Shown here: piece by piece, positions 12,760-27,244 of the stretch | How positions within the stretch are numbered: the first letter of the stretch is position 1 | How the letters are laid out: every line of letters starts with the position of its first letter | From: Trichoplax sp. H2 | Taxonomy: Eukaryota | Reading direction: 5' to 3' | DNA length: 64,000 nucleotides | Assembly: GCA_003344405.1 (NCBI GenBank) | Contig: NOWV01000168.1 | Coordinates: 1 to 64,000, forward strand | Program-made: the position numbers and the translations under genes | The notes under the pieces: generated by a model | Databases searched by the model: none | Told to the model about the DNA's origin: nothing | What the model saw: the letters and a program-made list of their open reading frames with translations, nothing else

Positions 12760-14788
12760 ATGGATAAAGATGACGAATATACAGTGACGCCATCGCAGCG
12801 ACAATCTGCGCCATTTTTCTTGAGTGGTTTTCTTGCTCAATCATGTGTGGTTGCGATATGTGTTATGATTGGGTTATGGATGGGAGTTTATAGCAGTCAT
12901 CCCGGTCTCGATTGGACTGATACCTTTCATCGTTTACATCTCCATCCATTCCTAATGGTAGTTGCGGTTGTATTTTCTGCTACTGAGGGTATGCAACTAG
13001 TTGAAACAGAAATAAACATTTTGCATAACGATAGTCGGATCAACTGTAATCGATACTGCTTGCAACTGGTTGGATATCTTGTCAAAGTAGAAAAGTGACT
13101 ACTTCATTACACAGTGGAATCGGAATGATTGGTTTTGGACAAACCAATCATGTTCATTGACTTTTCCATTCTATCCATGACGACGAAGCAGTAGGCAATG
13201 ATTGATGTATCTTATGGATTGAAAATTGCCTAGTGTCCATTTATACGTGCATAGTATGAATAGTCAATATTATATCAAAGTCTATAAAATCTGTAGGAGT
13301 CGGATAGGACTGTTGATCCTGATACTCTTCAACAGTTTCGCTTTCAGTACTGTAAAGTATAGTGGTGACTTTGCAAGTAAACCCACGCTTCCATCAGATA
13401 ATCGATGCTATTACAAATGCCGTCCTTAAATCGATAGTAATTACTCTAATTGCCTACTATTATACGGTAAAATTGTTCATGTAGACAGTTTACAGACATC
13501 GAGAAATAGGTCAGTTAGAAAAAAAAGTTGGAGATACGATCATCGCAAATGCTACAAGATACTCCTTCCAGCGATACAATTGCTTCCTAGCAAAATTCTT
13601 CATGATATCACATCGAGACCAACAGGGCCTACAAGTGTACAATAAGTTAATCACCGTAGCAAATAAAACATGATCACGTCTACCATACTCTACTACTGCT
13701 CTAGCACCGGTTGCACTGGCCCATTTAAATAACTCACTATACCGGCCTGTTTACAACTGACTGTCTATTGCACAAGTCAATTAATAAATACGTCGCTTAT
13801 TATCATCAATTTCATCTTTTAGCTATCTTAATCTTCCGGATGCTGCGTACGATTTCCAAGCCGACGGTAAAAGCGATCCATGTTTTCCTGCATACGGCTA
13901 CCCTAGCTTTGGTTGGAACTGCCTTGGCAGCAGTGATTAAATCGAAGAACGACTTGAAATTTGCTCATTTTTATAGCGCTCATAGTTGGTTTGCCTTAAT
14001 AGTTCTCTTCTTATACGCCAGTGAGGTATACCGTTTGTCCGATATTGATATCAACCTGTTCAATTATAATACTTGACGTTGAAATGAAATTTATCCCTAT
14101 CAGATATAGAATTGTATCGTATGCGTAAAGTAGAGTACTGTAGCTAGAATACTGAATGATTTGCCCAGACAGAAATAAAATTTTAGCATTCATTTTGGCT
14201 AATATCAATATACGATATGCTATCGGATAGCTGTAAATAAGTAACATGATATAGACTCTGTAGGATGCGAATTTAATAAAGCATTCATACTAATGTGTAT
14301 CCATTTCACTATTGACCTGTGTATAGTATGTAGCAGGAATTATAGTTTTCGTACTACCAACGCGCTGCATCTCAGACACCATGCGTCAGAATATTCTACC
14401 CTTTCACAAATTCTTTGGTCTTTGTACATATGTCTTCGCTCTCATTACCATCGGTATGGGTGTATTTGATTTCTTGGAATCAATTGTTGGGTAAGGATGT
14501 TGATAGATTGATTCATGAAGTAAATAACTTGTTTTGACCATTACTAAGATGGTTTACTTAAAGTTGAAATAAGTTGGAAGGAACATCAACACTTATCTGA
14601 TCGAAATTATTCTCATTTTACTCAATAGTACCTCCGCTTATTCAAATTTGGGTCTTCAAGCAAGGCTTGGCAATGCAATATGTGTCATCCTACTTATTCT
14701 TGGCGCCACCGTCGTCCATATCTTGACCAGAAGTACCTATGCACGACCTAGCACGAGTGATTCTCTTTTTGAGCCAGAACCACTTTAA
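12760..14788 (+). CDS. Cytochrome b561 family protein (paralog B), 4 exons
   Basis: Exons 12760-12988, 13823-14025, 14327-14490, 14629-14788. Motifs LHPFLM, KAIHVFLH, FYSAHSWF and PFHKFFG. Intron positions and phases match paralog A. Confidence 0.92.
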
Positions 14789-16443
14789 AAACTGACAGTA
14801 TTGCAGCGACTGTTCATGCCACAATTCACCAACCAACCAACCTAAGGCTTCCATGAATGACTGCATCTCCTTTTAATCTTATGAAAGACTGCTTACTCAA
14901 TAAAAATGAATGATGTCGTCATTAATAAGATAACTGTTAAATCGACCACTAAAGTTTGTGTACAAGTAGCGTCTTGATAACTAGGTAATGATATAAGCGT
15001 TGTACTCCACCTAGTGCAGTTACGCCACAGTAGATCTTTTTCCATTAAATGTATTTTAATTGTGATTATCGACTGTTACTCATTGCTGTAACTGTTGAAG
15101 ATAGCACATTTCGCCACCTATATCAACTAAATAGAAGCTATTCTCACTTGATTATATGGATTTAAAATATTCAACCTGTTCCTCTAATTCAATTGGTTTA
15201 CCTCGTGCCTATTTGTTTTGATTAGAGTACTCCTATTCAAATAATTTAATTGACATTGCTATCGTGAATCAATCCACCCTTCTTGTCTTGGATAGAACTA
15301 CGTAATATCAATGAAACACGACACTTTTGAAATGTATATGCATATACACTCTACTTAATAAATAAGTAAGAAATCACTTACTGACTACAAGATGATAAAA
15401 TATCCTAATATTCTTCGATTTTACCCTTAACTTGCTACATGTTTGTGTTCATTTAATAACCCTTTATTTATCTGTCAGTAAAGTTTAGTCAAATGGAAGT
15501 CAGAATATTATACTATAGTATCCATAATGAAAAGCGTTCAAATTTGCATTGCAATTTGACAATGTTGGAATCAACACTCTACATGTCCAGCAGACAACTA
15601 TGTCATTCCTAATCGTCAGCAAAGTCTTGCACACTACTCATACTCGTATACTGTAGTTACGAAATTACCGCCACCTAAACTTAGCAATACGTGATAGCCA
15701 ACTTAACTGCAAATGATATTTTAACTTTGTAACGAAAAATACCAAACTACAGTATCAAGTCCTGTATTGGCTTATGAAAGCTTTCACCAAATTGGGTACA
15801 AAGAATCTCTGATGGAATGCGAACGTTTACTTCTGTACTGTGAAATGTGAATAGTTTTGAGGAAACAGTGCTGCATTTACGATAAAAGTCATTTTATGGA
15901 TAAATATGACACGATCTAGGGCTCTAGGAGATTACTAATAAAGATGGTAATCTATACTTGGACTTTTGTGCAACATTATAAGCTTGTCAAGTTACTTGTT
16001 GCCGAAAGGTTGCAGAATGTACATTCTGCGATACTGTTTATTCGATGTATACATTAGCCAATAGACTGAATCGGTTTTACTCATTGGAATTAGTATAGTA
16101 CCGCCCGGCCAATTCATTCATGGCTTTATCATCGATATTGTTGTTAGCGCCAACCAATTATTACAGCTACCCAATACGGCATTTATTAATATCACTACGA
16201 TGGAAGATAAATAAATTCTATAGTACAAGAGTATTTTAGAGCAGTTGAAAAACATTTTATTTTATACATGGTTGTCATTCAATCCCTGTAAATAGCATCA
16301 AGGAAGTGATTAAATGGCAAACAATTGTCAACTTGAATTCGGTTTGCATGGCGTAATATATAGTACAGGCACTGTCACTTCCTTAAAACAAGCTACACCG
16401 AAAGAATATTCGTAAAAAATTGAAAGACGAGATGTAGTCCTGA

Positions 16444-18986
16444 CTAATCACCATCCTTATTAGCGGTTTGTCCAGAATAGAAATCGTTGAGCTATATTGC
16501 GATAGAAAGATATTGGTTGGTATATTGATGAAATTAGACCTATCAATTAGACCCATCTTTCTACAATAATTGTGCATGATTATAGAAATGTAAAACAAAC
16601 TTATTATAAATTAACTTGTATAAAATAGGCGAGTGTAAAAACTTACAACTTTTTGGATAATTTTAAGTCCTTGTTCATTTCCAGAGCAGTCATTGATACC
16701 GTAAGGCTCACGGATTTTCACAGACTCATCTATAGCGCAAAGTAGCTTACCTTTCCATTTTACATCAAATCTATCGGGTAACAAGACGTATACAGTAGTT
16801 ACAAATAGTGCATCAAAAGTTCTATCTTGTCGCTCATGAATACGTAATGCAATGCAGCATATAGAATATCAGCTGCACCGAAAGAGTTTGACGATATTAG
16901 AGAGCCTCTATACTTACTTTTTCTTTATAGCTGCGTATACTAATGCTCCTGTTCTAGAGATACCTTCGCGATGAACTATTTTTCCTTCTTCAATAGCTTC
17001 TTGAAGCCGTTGATCGATGCCCTCAAGATTTAGTTCAGGTAAGCTTGGAGGGGATTTGTCGCAATCTTCGATGACATCTATCTCACGTAACTTTGTTAGG
17101 TTGACAATCATGACATCCCGCCATTCACGATTTTGTGATTGTTTGCATTATTAGTGTTAAGAAGAAATCTTACCATTGCGTAATCACAAGCGCGAATATT
17201 ATTTTAAAATCAATAAAGTAGCATTGCTAAGTAAATGATAATGGACAAGATTGCTGCAATTAAAACGAAAACAATGTCGTCATTTCAAATAGGAGATGCA
17301 CATCTTCTTCTTTCATAGTTGATGAAAGGTTTTATATCGCTCAAAGAGGTTAATATGCGCACTCCTAGAATGGAATCAATCGCTAATATTTTACTTTAAT
17401 TCAATATGCCGTCCATGTTGTAGTGATACTACGTACTGGTGGTTGCTAGTGCACTATCGCACTGAATGCGTATACATATTCTGTCAAGCCATTGGATTGA
17501 AGATTTCATCATCTTCGATTTAGTAAAGGTAAAGGCCTTGATTGTAGTAAGAGTCAGTCAAGTTTGAGGGCAAAGATGATTTCTGGTGTCTAGTAATACG
17601 TAGGATAAGTTGTCAGAATCCTTTTTTGTTTATTTCCTATACTGTATGATGGAGTAGATTTGGACGAAAATTATAACGCTAGATAGAATGTCAATGCGCA
17701 CAAATGTGTCCTCGACAAATTATGTATGCTATCCAGGATTGTAAATGCTAACTACATGCTTTATTTATACATTGACTATACCTTGCAATTTGTTTTGTCG
17801 AGTACAATCCCAATCTTTCATTATACGAGTAAGTAATCAATGTGGATTTGGGAGGTCTACTATTTCTTTTCAGTGTACTATCCTATCTCCATAAGAGATG
17901 AAATCATAATGCATTTCCACTTTTACAGTATACCGTACTAGAGGGAAAACTTGACGAACAAGATGTCAACAACGTGTGTATCTATCAAATTCATTCACTA
18001 GCTATTTATAGTGATGCGAATGCAAGTATTCAAGAAGAGTAGTAACAGTTTCGTAGAATAGAGGCAATTCCTTTTAACAGTCCACTTCGAGAGTAGAACA
18101 AAAATCTATCGGACGGTATTGTAGGTGTCTACCCTTATGAGCTAAATAAACTGCCAACTTGTGATCAAATGAGCACTGTCTACAGTAATACTGCTTATGC
18201 TCGAGTGTCGGCTGTAGACTGTCGTTCATTTGAGTGCAGGCGGTAGGCACCTTGAGGGGATATCACGTAGAACGAATCGACGGCTATTCCATGACAAAAT
18301 GACTATCGTAAAATCATCCAACAAGAATGTTTGTGGCATAACACTAGTGCGTGCAATCGTCTTCTTGACGACACTATTCCTGCCTACTCATGTTAACATG
18401 AAATCGATGGTCCATTGATGAATCCTTGACGGTACAGTGTTGTCGACAACAATATATGCCGATCTCTTCTGAATGTCCTGTATACGATTGCAAGGATGAC
18501 ATTGAGGAAAATTGGTGATCGTCCATGACCACTGTAATCATGTCGACATCAATACGAATCACTGTATCCAATAGAATATCGACTGCTTTAACGAGCCTTA
18601 CTATCTTACCGTGTGATCGTACCTTTCAATTAGTGTACTTTAGCGTAGAATCAAGCTACTACTGTAAACGAATTGGACGTTGTTGTATGCCTCTCTCTCT
18701 CTCTCTCGATCAAGAGTTTACAGCGGCGCTGATGTCTAGACATTGTCTCGTTATAGTCGTAAAACTAGCAACATTTCAGAATGAATTACAGTCCATCGAT
18801 CAACATGAGGATACTTAAGACCAGCATTTTGGTCTTTTCTTCAAAGGCGTCCACATCTCCTTGTAATTCGCTGCCTAGGCATGTTACTAATCTGACTTTA
18901 TCCCCAATTCTTAGAGGCGGTATTTTTCGCATATTGAGTCCTACGGCATCGCTAGTAGAGACATCTTTTCGTGAGGAAGACGCCAT
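16444..18986 (-). CDS. LSM12: LSM12 homolog (Lsm domain plus anticodon-binding domain)
   Basis: Exons 18986-18815, about 17149-16918, 16770-16647, and a tentative last exon 16491-16444. ELQGDVDAFEEKTKMLVLKC...SPPSLPELNL...GISRTGALVYAAIKK...VKWKGK...IREPYGINDCSG aligns by eye with human LSM12. Confidence 0.88.
17150..18814 (-). other. U12-type (minor spliceosome) intron in LSM12 with non-canonical 3' end
   Basis: Donor GTATCCTC at 18814 and U12-like branch site TTCTTAAC at 17163-17156. There is no AG between the branch site and the resumed coding sequence. Confidence 0.75.
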
Positions 18987-19774
18987 TTTTTTTCCCTTTC
19001 TACCACATTACGGACTACCTACTGAGTACTGCAAACTCGCTAGTACCAACACCTTGACTGTACCATACTGAGTGTCTAGCAGTACTGATGTCCAGTACAG
19101 TACAATCCGGTCGTGAAGAATAGTACTGTAGAAAGGGACTAGGATTCAAAGCGAGCCATTGGTCTACTGAGACAATACTCTCACTCTCATACATTGCTCA
19201 TTGCAATTACTCCATGGCTACGACTGTATGAAACAATGTACAGTCCACGTGTACTCGTTGGACTGTACACTGTACAGTCATGACTCGTACAGGAGTACTG
19301 TGATACAGGTAGAAGAAATCTCTATGAATCGACAACTGCCCACTCAGCCCACTTGTCATGGTCGACATGTAGTCCATCCATCCATGATGTCTGAAGAGGA
19401 TGGACTGCGGTACGGCCATCGAGTATAAAGAAAAAAACTTCACGTTATTGGGTACAGCCCTGACGCAAGAGACGGGACATTTGGACAGACAGGAAACGAT
19501 CTTCAGATTGTAGCTCATTGGATATCCATGGCGGACAGTATAGTATGGACAGTATATTAGTCTCTATTTTCTTTTACTTTACGGTTCTGCACTGTGCAGT
19601 ATACTGTCAGAGACGGGATAGGAAACGCTTGTTCACTATACTTAGCTGCTATTAGCTTACTAAGTTGGTTTGAACCAGTATGTGTAGATACGTTTTCATC
19701 GCTTTCGTCATCCTGTACCGTAGAGGAAGAAAACAACATGGCGTGCTGACTACAGAATGCATTACACTGGTAGT

Positions 19775-20470
19775 ATAGATCATAAAGGGATTGAACCGCA
19801 CCGAACCGAACTCAGGTTCAACTGGTACTCAGCATCAGTACGGTAGTGCACAGTGCACAGTGTACAGTACTGCACTGTAAACCGTCGTCAAAGTACTGTA
19901 GTCAAATGGTATTCAGCATCGGTAGAGGTGTCGCCTGGATACTGGTACTGGTAATCAATAGATCATAAGGGTTTTGAACCGTACCGAACCGCACTCCGGT
20001 CCAACTGGTTACTCAGCATCAGGGCACAGTGCACAGTGTACAGTACTGCACTGTAAAACCGTCGTCAAAGTACTGTAGTCAAATAGTGTACAGTAGTACA
20101 GTACAGTACTGTACAGTACTCTCAGTCCGAGACCCTTATACCTGTACTGTACACTGTGTACACTGTGTACAGTACTGTACTCAGTATCGGTACAGGTGTC
20201 GCCTGGATACTGGTACTGGTAATCAATAGATCATAAAGGTTTGAACCGTACCAAACCGAACTCAGGTCCAACTAGTACTCAGCATCAGTGCACAGTGCAC
20301 AGTGTACAGTACTGCACTATAAACCGTCGTCAAAGTACTGTACAGTACAGTACTGTAGTCAAATAGTGTAGTACTCAGTCGAGACCCTTGTACTGTACTC
20401 AGTATCGGTACTCAGTAGAAACCCTTATACTGTACGTGTACACAGGGTACAGGTGTCGCCTGGATATGCT
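19775..20470. repeat. Three-copy palindrome-rich repeat (about 185-270 bp units) between divergent LSM12 and RACGAP1
   Basis: ATAGATCATAA.GG..TTGAACCG..CC.AACCG.ACTC.GGT.CAACT.G..ACTCAGCATCAG...CACAGTGTACAGTACTGCACT.TAAA.CCGTCGTCAAAGTACTGTA at about 19775, 19958 and 20226. A partial copy lies near 20670-20730. Confidence 0.85.
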
Positions 20471-21207
20471 GTACTGTATACAGGGTGTCTCATAAGTATT
20501 TCCCACTGTTTGAAATCATATGAAATTATAGTTTCAAGCCCTTATTAGACAAATTTGGTATCATTTGATTGGAAATAAGATGCTTTATGCGAATATGTAA
20601 TTTAAATGCACATAAAATGTGTTCAAGTTACTAATACTGTAGTTCTGTACTGCATTAAAGGACGACATTACACAGTGCACAGTGTACGGTATTGCACCCC
20701 AAAATCGCAGTCAAAGTACTGTAGTCAGAGGAGGGGACGAATCACGTGCTATCTCATCGCCAACCAATCAAATCGCTCCGATCATTTTTTCGAATTTGCA
20801 ACACCTCAACAGTACAACAGTAGCCTAGTGTCAAATCAATCAGCCAAAGGCAAAACTTGCTCATCTCCAGTTGAAAAGAATCATCCCAGTCGTCCAATCT
20901 CCCCTATTGATTGCTATCCTGTCGGTTGAAAGCAAGAAGAAAAGGTAAGAGACAAGTAGAGATTGAGCAAGAGTAAGGCAAATTGTTTTTTGAAAATAAG
21001 GGATAGAAATAGGAAGAAAAGTTTACATCCATTTTCAGCCATTTGGTGATACATGCAAATCTATTTCGACGCAGTTGTCATCTTTAGATTGTCTCCATCC
21101 AACTTGACAAATTCTATTCTTCACTTAACAACATACAATAGATGAAATTGTTTTCTTGACGCACTATTTTTAAATTGGATACGCAGAACGATCAACAGTG
21201 AGAAAAG

Positions 21208-24200
21208 ATGTCATCGCTGCTCTCCAAGTTTGATGAAATTACTCGAATATCGGCCATCCTAGCCGAAGGCAACGAAGAAGGTAAGAGGATCGACATTATC
21301 ATCAACATCGATACCAACTTAGCCAACCATGATGGGATATCATCATGCCAATTTGTGACTCAATCAATTGGTTCTACACATCAATCCAATGTTATTATTC
21401 TTGCTAGTTTACGCGTAATTATGACAATTTATTGAAATTATCAAAATACAAAAATAGAAGTGGATAATAGCTTGATACACTGTTATAACAAGCATCAGAC
21501 TCCAATAGCAATCAGTTGATATTATCCTTGCCACCATCCATCCATCTATATGGGGGATCCCATTAAAATATTCAACTTCAATTCCATCCTAACCAATGAA
21601 TATCATTATTCTTGGATAGATTTCTATAATTTTGCTAAAAATCAAGAAGAATGTCGCGTACGATGGTTAAAAGCCGAAGGAGAAGTTGAAAATTTACAAC
21701 AAGCCTATAAAATGGTCAAGGTAAATACTGACTAATCTTGATAGTAGTTCACAACGATATTAATAAACTATCCAACGTGCTAGACAAATACTATAACGAT
21801 GGCAAAGACTTTATAACTAAAAAAGAAAAAAATACTGTAGCTTATCAGTACATCACTACTGTATTTTCCAGCATCAATCAAAAATTATATCGATATCGAC
21901 TTTCTCCAATAATGCATTTTACCTCATGAGATAGTAAAATAGTTTTAATCGTAAAATAGATAGAGCCTACTCCAGATTTGATGGATAATGGTGTCATACA
22001 AAGACACAATAGTAATGGATAATATCTTCAGTACTATGATACTCTTATTAACGAGTAGAAACATTTTAATCATAATGATCTACGAAAATTCAAACATTAC
22101 TTTACAAATGTACTATACTCTACATTAGAATTAGATGAATTTCCAATGTAAGTACTGTCTAGCATAGTTCAATCTTAAAAATTGTATAATTATTTTCATT
22201 TTATCCTACACTTGCCGTATACTTACAATCTTCATGCCTAATATCAACGATTCTACTTTTATTCATTCTTATATCTCCAATCATTTCCTTGCGACTGAAA
22301 CTAATAGTCTGACCGAGAGACTTACGATATAAAGCTCAAGCACATCAGGTATACACACCTATATCCAAAATTAAACCTCCATAAACTACAATTTCTAAGC
22401 AATGACTCAATAAAATGCGCTGTTAGCGTCTACTTTTTAATGCTGTAAACCCAACCATAGTAATAACCATTGCATATCTTGAACCTGAATTACTTTGAAT
22501 ATATCAGTATTAAATAGTACGATAGACGACTCTAACAATCAATTTCATTACGCTGCCAATTTGCCTCAACTCATAACACTTTTTCATTTGTGCTATTTTT
22601 CTACTTTGAATAAAATACAATAGTAAAATGATATAAATTTGAATCAATTTTGACTCCATTTCTAGAAATCAGCTACAAATTGAAATGGATAGAAGAAAAG
22701 AAGCAGAGGAAGAAATTAGAAATTGGGTAAGAACCTACACTTTGAAATTGCACCATGCAGTAGGACGATTTTCTTCCATCGACACATAGGAACATGAATT
22801 ACGACATAATTCATTTGAATAACTAACGTTGATCAGTGAAAAAGATGTCCAACCATTTGCTTCGTGACTTCATTGACATAGAACAATCATAAGACATATC
22901 ACTAGTTAGAAAAATTTTCACACTGATGTTTACACGAACAGGAGATGCAGATGACCCTTATAAGAGAAATATTATGCGATCCTAAATGTACTGGCTTATT
23001 ATCAGAAGAAGATCGTAGAAAAATACAAAGTCTAGGATCATCTCAACAACGTCCCAGTCCAAGGTTCTATTAAACTTAGCTTTTAAAATAGTCATAACAT
23101 ATGCTACAATAGAAGGAGTATTAGTCAACTGCGTATTATGACTAATTTTGGACGCTTATTCTTCTAAAAAATATAGACAAAGTGTCTCTTTCACCTCAGT
23201 CCTATCCCCTTCTGACATTAGCTTCGATAATACTATCGACGATTTGGTAACCTTTGTCTTAATATCAAATGATGATAGTTCTATTTAGCCAATACTATTA
23301 TACTAAATAACGCAAACCTTCAAACTGGTTTAGGAGGCATATTCACGAAGAAGTAACAAATTCAATAAAAGAGTAAGTAAAGATTTTTTATCAATCTTCC
23401 AGTACAAAATTGAAATCGCTCAATCTAATCTAAATTTATTCCTCTATTTACAGAAAGCCCCATCTGCACCACCAGAGCCGTTAGTAGAGGTAGTCATACA
23501 ATTCTTTACCTTATTCATTCTCTAGAACAACAGTGATATTGCTGATTTTGCTTAAATCTAGGAACCTCCACTTAAGAAATCTTGTAGTCCAGTCCATGAA
23601 ATTCAAGTAATACAACCTCTTACTTTCAATGCGTCTACATTAGCATATTGATAAAAATTTTTAATTTTTTTGCACCTACTTATCAGAGTGAATCCACAAG
23701 TACTGAATCCGATGCATTTCCTAAAGTTTCCCCCAAACCAATGCCTCGTAATCTTTCGCGACCGCCCTCTCACTGTACGTAGTAATTTCGAGCTCTACAG
23801 TCTGTACAGAATTAAACTGTTCTTATACTGATGTTTCCAACTATGCATATTGTAGCCCAAGCTCGTCCACCGGTAGATTCCTTTTTTGGGACATCTATAC
23901 CAGGAGACTCTCCTGATGTTAAGCGGAGACTGGAACGTAATCCAACTAATGGATCGGTTACTTCAATTCAAAGCTTGGGGTATGTCTTTACGAATGTTTT
24001 TATTATAACAACTATCATGCCTACGCATCAAAGTACGTCATCACAAGTTGTAGTCTTATTGCATCTAAACGTGTATTTCACCAGTAATTGTTATCTTTTC
24101 CATTTCTAGAACTCCAACTTCGTCGAGACTAAATAGGGTATAATCAGTCGACGATATATGCATATTGATTTTGCGTATAAATCTGATACTGAGAGTTATG

Positions 24201-26140
24201 TCGCTACTGTATTACTTTTAGATCCATACATTCTGTAGCAAAACAATTTACAAGCCTGAAAACTGCACAGTGGTAAGTTTATGTTTATACTGAGATGAAA
24301 TGCTAAAGTAACTTCTACTTCCCAATAAGCAAAGTGCTATTTACTAACATCTAATGTTACATAATTAGTGCTCTAAAAGGATAAAATTTGGAAAAGTTGT
24401 CTTTAAATGTAAAGACTGCAAAGCAATAGCCCATCCCGATTGTAAAGATAGTGTCCCACTGCCTTGCGTTCCAGTTGCAAACACGCCACAAAGATCAAAT
24501 AGTAAAAAAGTAAAAATGGTAATAACTCAACTTTAGCCGCCCTTTTATGGCTGATATAGTCTAAAATAAAATTGAATCCCTATTATTTAGCAGTTAACAA
24601 GTTCCATATGTAACTCTCGATCTATCATTATTTTCGCCTGATCACTAGGAGGGTATTATTGCAGATTTTACTCCAAGTAGCGCTCCTATGATTCCTGCCA
24701 TAGTGGTTGGTTATAACCCATACTACATATCTTACCTATAGGCTTTAATACCAACACAATTGATCTATTCATATTATTATTATATGCTACCGACATTGTA
24801 GATTCATTGTATACAAGAAGTTGAACGACGTGGCCTGACCGAAGTGGGCATTTATCGAGTTCCAGGTGTTGAAAAAGCGGTCAAAGAGTTGAAGGAGAAA
24901 TTTCTTCGAGGAAGAGGAGCTCCTTGCTTGGTTAGTCAAAGCATACAAGAGTAAAAGTTGTTTATTGTATATAACTATACCCTATAAAGTATACGATCAA
25001 GTTACACTTCATTCTTTTTAGGCTATCCTGATAAACATTCATCTAACAAATAATAATAACATTATTATTTTCTCAACTTTGATAAAATTAGACAAATATC
25101 CAGGACATCCATATCGTTTGTTGCGTCTTAAAAGACTTTCTCAGAAACTTGAAGGAACCTATAATTACGTTTAAACTTCATCCGGAATTTATAAAAGCTG
25201 CTGGTAAGGTCTCAACAATACTTATTCTTTTGTTGCAATAGTTAACATACGTTTTCTTATTATCTCTAGAAATGAGCGATCCTGATCAGAATGTCCGTGC
25301 AACGTATGCAACAATTAAAAAACTTCCTCAGCCAAACCGCGACACTCTCGCTTTAGTAATGTTACACTTACAAAGGTATTAAAATAGTATAATTTATGGT
25401 CACTATGAAATCGATTCATATCTAAGTTTTATCATGACAAAATTTTGTAAATATCAAGCGATAACTTATGGTAAATTATATAAATATGTAATATTTATGA
25501 CATAGAGTTGCAGCTACACCTGAATGTAAAATGGGTACTAATAATCTAGCGCGAGTATTTGGCCCAACATTAATTGGCCACGGATCTTCTAATCCAGATC
25601 CGGTTGATATGCTTCAGGATACAAGAAATCAACCGAAGGTAACGTTTTATAATTAGATGCAAGCAATCTTACTCCCTTTTGGTACTTTATTGTAATTAGT
25701 ATAACTTTTTTTTCTGTAGGTAATTGAAAGCTTGATGTCTTTGCCAAGTGAGTTTTGGAATCAGTATGTTGATATCGACGGAACTGAAAATGGCACAAGT
25801 AACACCAATACTGAACGGAATAAGACACCTCTTTCTGAGGCCAATGCACCAAAATCGAGGAGCACTACGCCAAGGACCCCACAATCCAAAGAAGGTACCA
25901 TTAGAATAATTGTCTACATGGCTACAATATAATACTCGCTTGATTTCAATCACATTAACTTTATTCTATCCTATTTTAACAGCACCAGCCAGTATTTTAG
26001 GACCTGCTCATTTTACTCCCGGTCGCTCTACTGGCACTAAGAGCAAGGAAAATGTGAAGACAACACCACGCTTCGGTAGTAAAAGTAAAAGAGCCAACAA
26101 ACGACCTGATGCTTTTTTCGCTTCTCCTTTCTTAAAGTGA
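21208..26140 (+). CDS. RACGAP1: Rac GTPase-activating protein 1 (MgcRacGAP/CYK-4), many short exons
   Basis: N-terminal coiled coil ([34 protein letters not shown]). C1 domain [33 protein letters not shown]...HPDC. Rho[20 protein letters not shown]...[11 protein letters not shown]...[15 protein letters not shown]-terminus FFASPFLK resembles human FFASPMLK. Confidence 0.95.
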
Positions 26141-27244
26141 TGAGATTACTACACAAAATGACTGTTTATAGTATAATATAGATGTCCATGAAAAGATATT
26201 TTAGGTTGATATTAAATCAACATTTTGTTAGAAAGTAGAAATTATTTATATCCAGTATAAATATAAAAATTCATATTTATTATTAAGATTAATTAGAACT
26301 CTCATATTACGCTAAGAAATTTTTTGTATAGTTTCTTATATTTACCGAAACCAGCTACTATAGTACATTAACAAGCGGTTTCAACTATAGTAGATGGTTG
26401 TATTAATCCCTAGTTTTAATATCAATGCTAACTGGGATTATCCTCGTACAAATAAAATAAATAACTCTGTAATGTGCACTACCTTAATATACGTTCTCAT
26501 ATATTTACTTTTATTAAAGTAGGCTAAACCCGTGAGAATATCCGCTATCGTGTAGGTTTTCTCTCACGGTCCAATAGTAATTAGTAAATCTATTGGTCTT
26601 GGTGTTATGATTACTTAGTTATTACGTCACCAAAAATAATAATGCATTAACTCTAAATTTATGTCATGTAAATATATCACTAAATTGTATTGTAAAGGTT
26701 TTCGTTTAGCCTACAGTCAATAAAAATCTTTATTAATTGATTTACAATCAAAATGGGGAAATAATTTATTATTACTATTAGATTGACAATTATTCCAGAT
26801 TTTATATAATGCGTATGCTAGCACCAGCTCTACGATCAATGCTAAATCATTCACCGCATTAATGCTTGCTTAGCATAATCACATAACATCAAACCTTGTT
26901 TGCCGCAGTCACAAGACTATAACCTTTCTTGTAGTACAAATTTGTATTTCTGAAATAATTCGAATTTAGGAACATACAGTAACAGTTATTGTCTCGTAAT
27001 TTTTGGTGATAAAATTCTTTGTATTTAAAAATCTACAAGTACGCTAGAGGAAGTAGTTGTTTGATATTGCGCGTATTCGAATGATTTTATTGCATTATCG
27101 CTTGATATGATCTTTATACAAAGCATCTACGAGTTAACCAAGTAAAACCGCATATTTTCTATTTCTACAAAATTTTTAATCCTGGTAGATCCATTTACTG
27201 AGTTAATTACAAGGCCATAAACACATTCCCCATTCATACATTCT

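Noticed and set aside
19775-19850. tRNA gene suggested by GGTTCAATCCC on the minus strand
   Set aside because: No acceptor, D or anticodon stems could be formed. Kept only as part of the repeat.
18230-20929. Cluster of short ORFs of 60-107 aa
   Set aside because: They are antisense or intronic to LSM12 or translate low-complexity repeats. Only 18786-18986 (-) is supported, as LSM12 exon 1.
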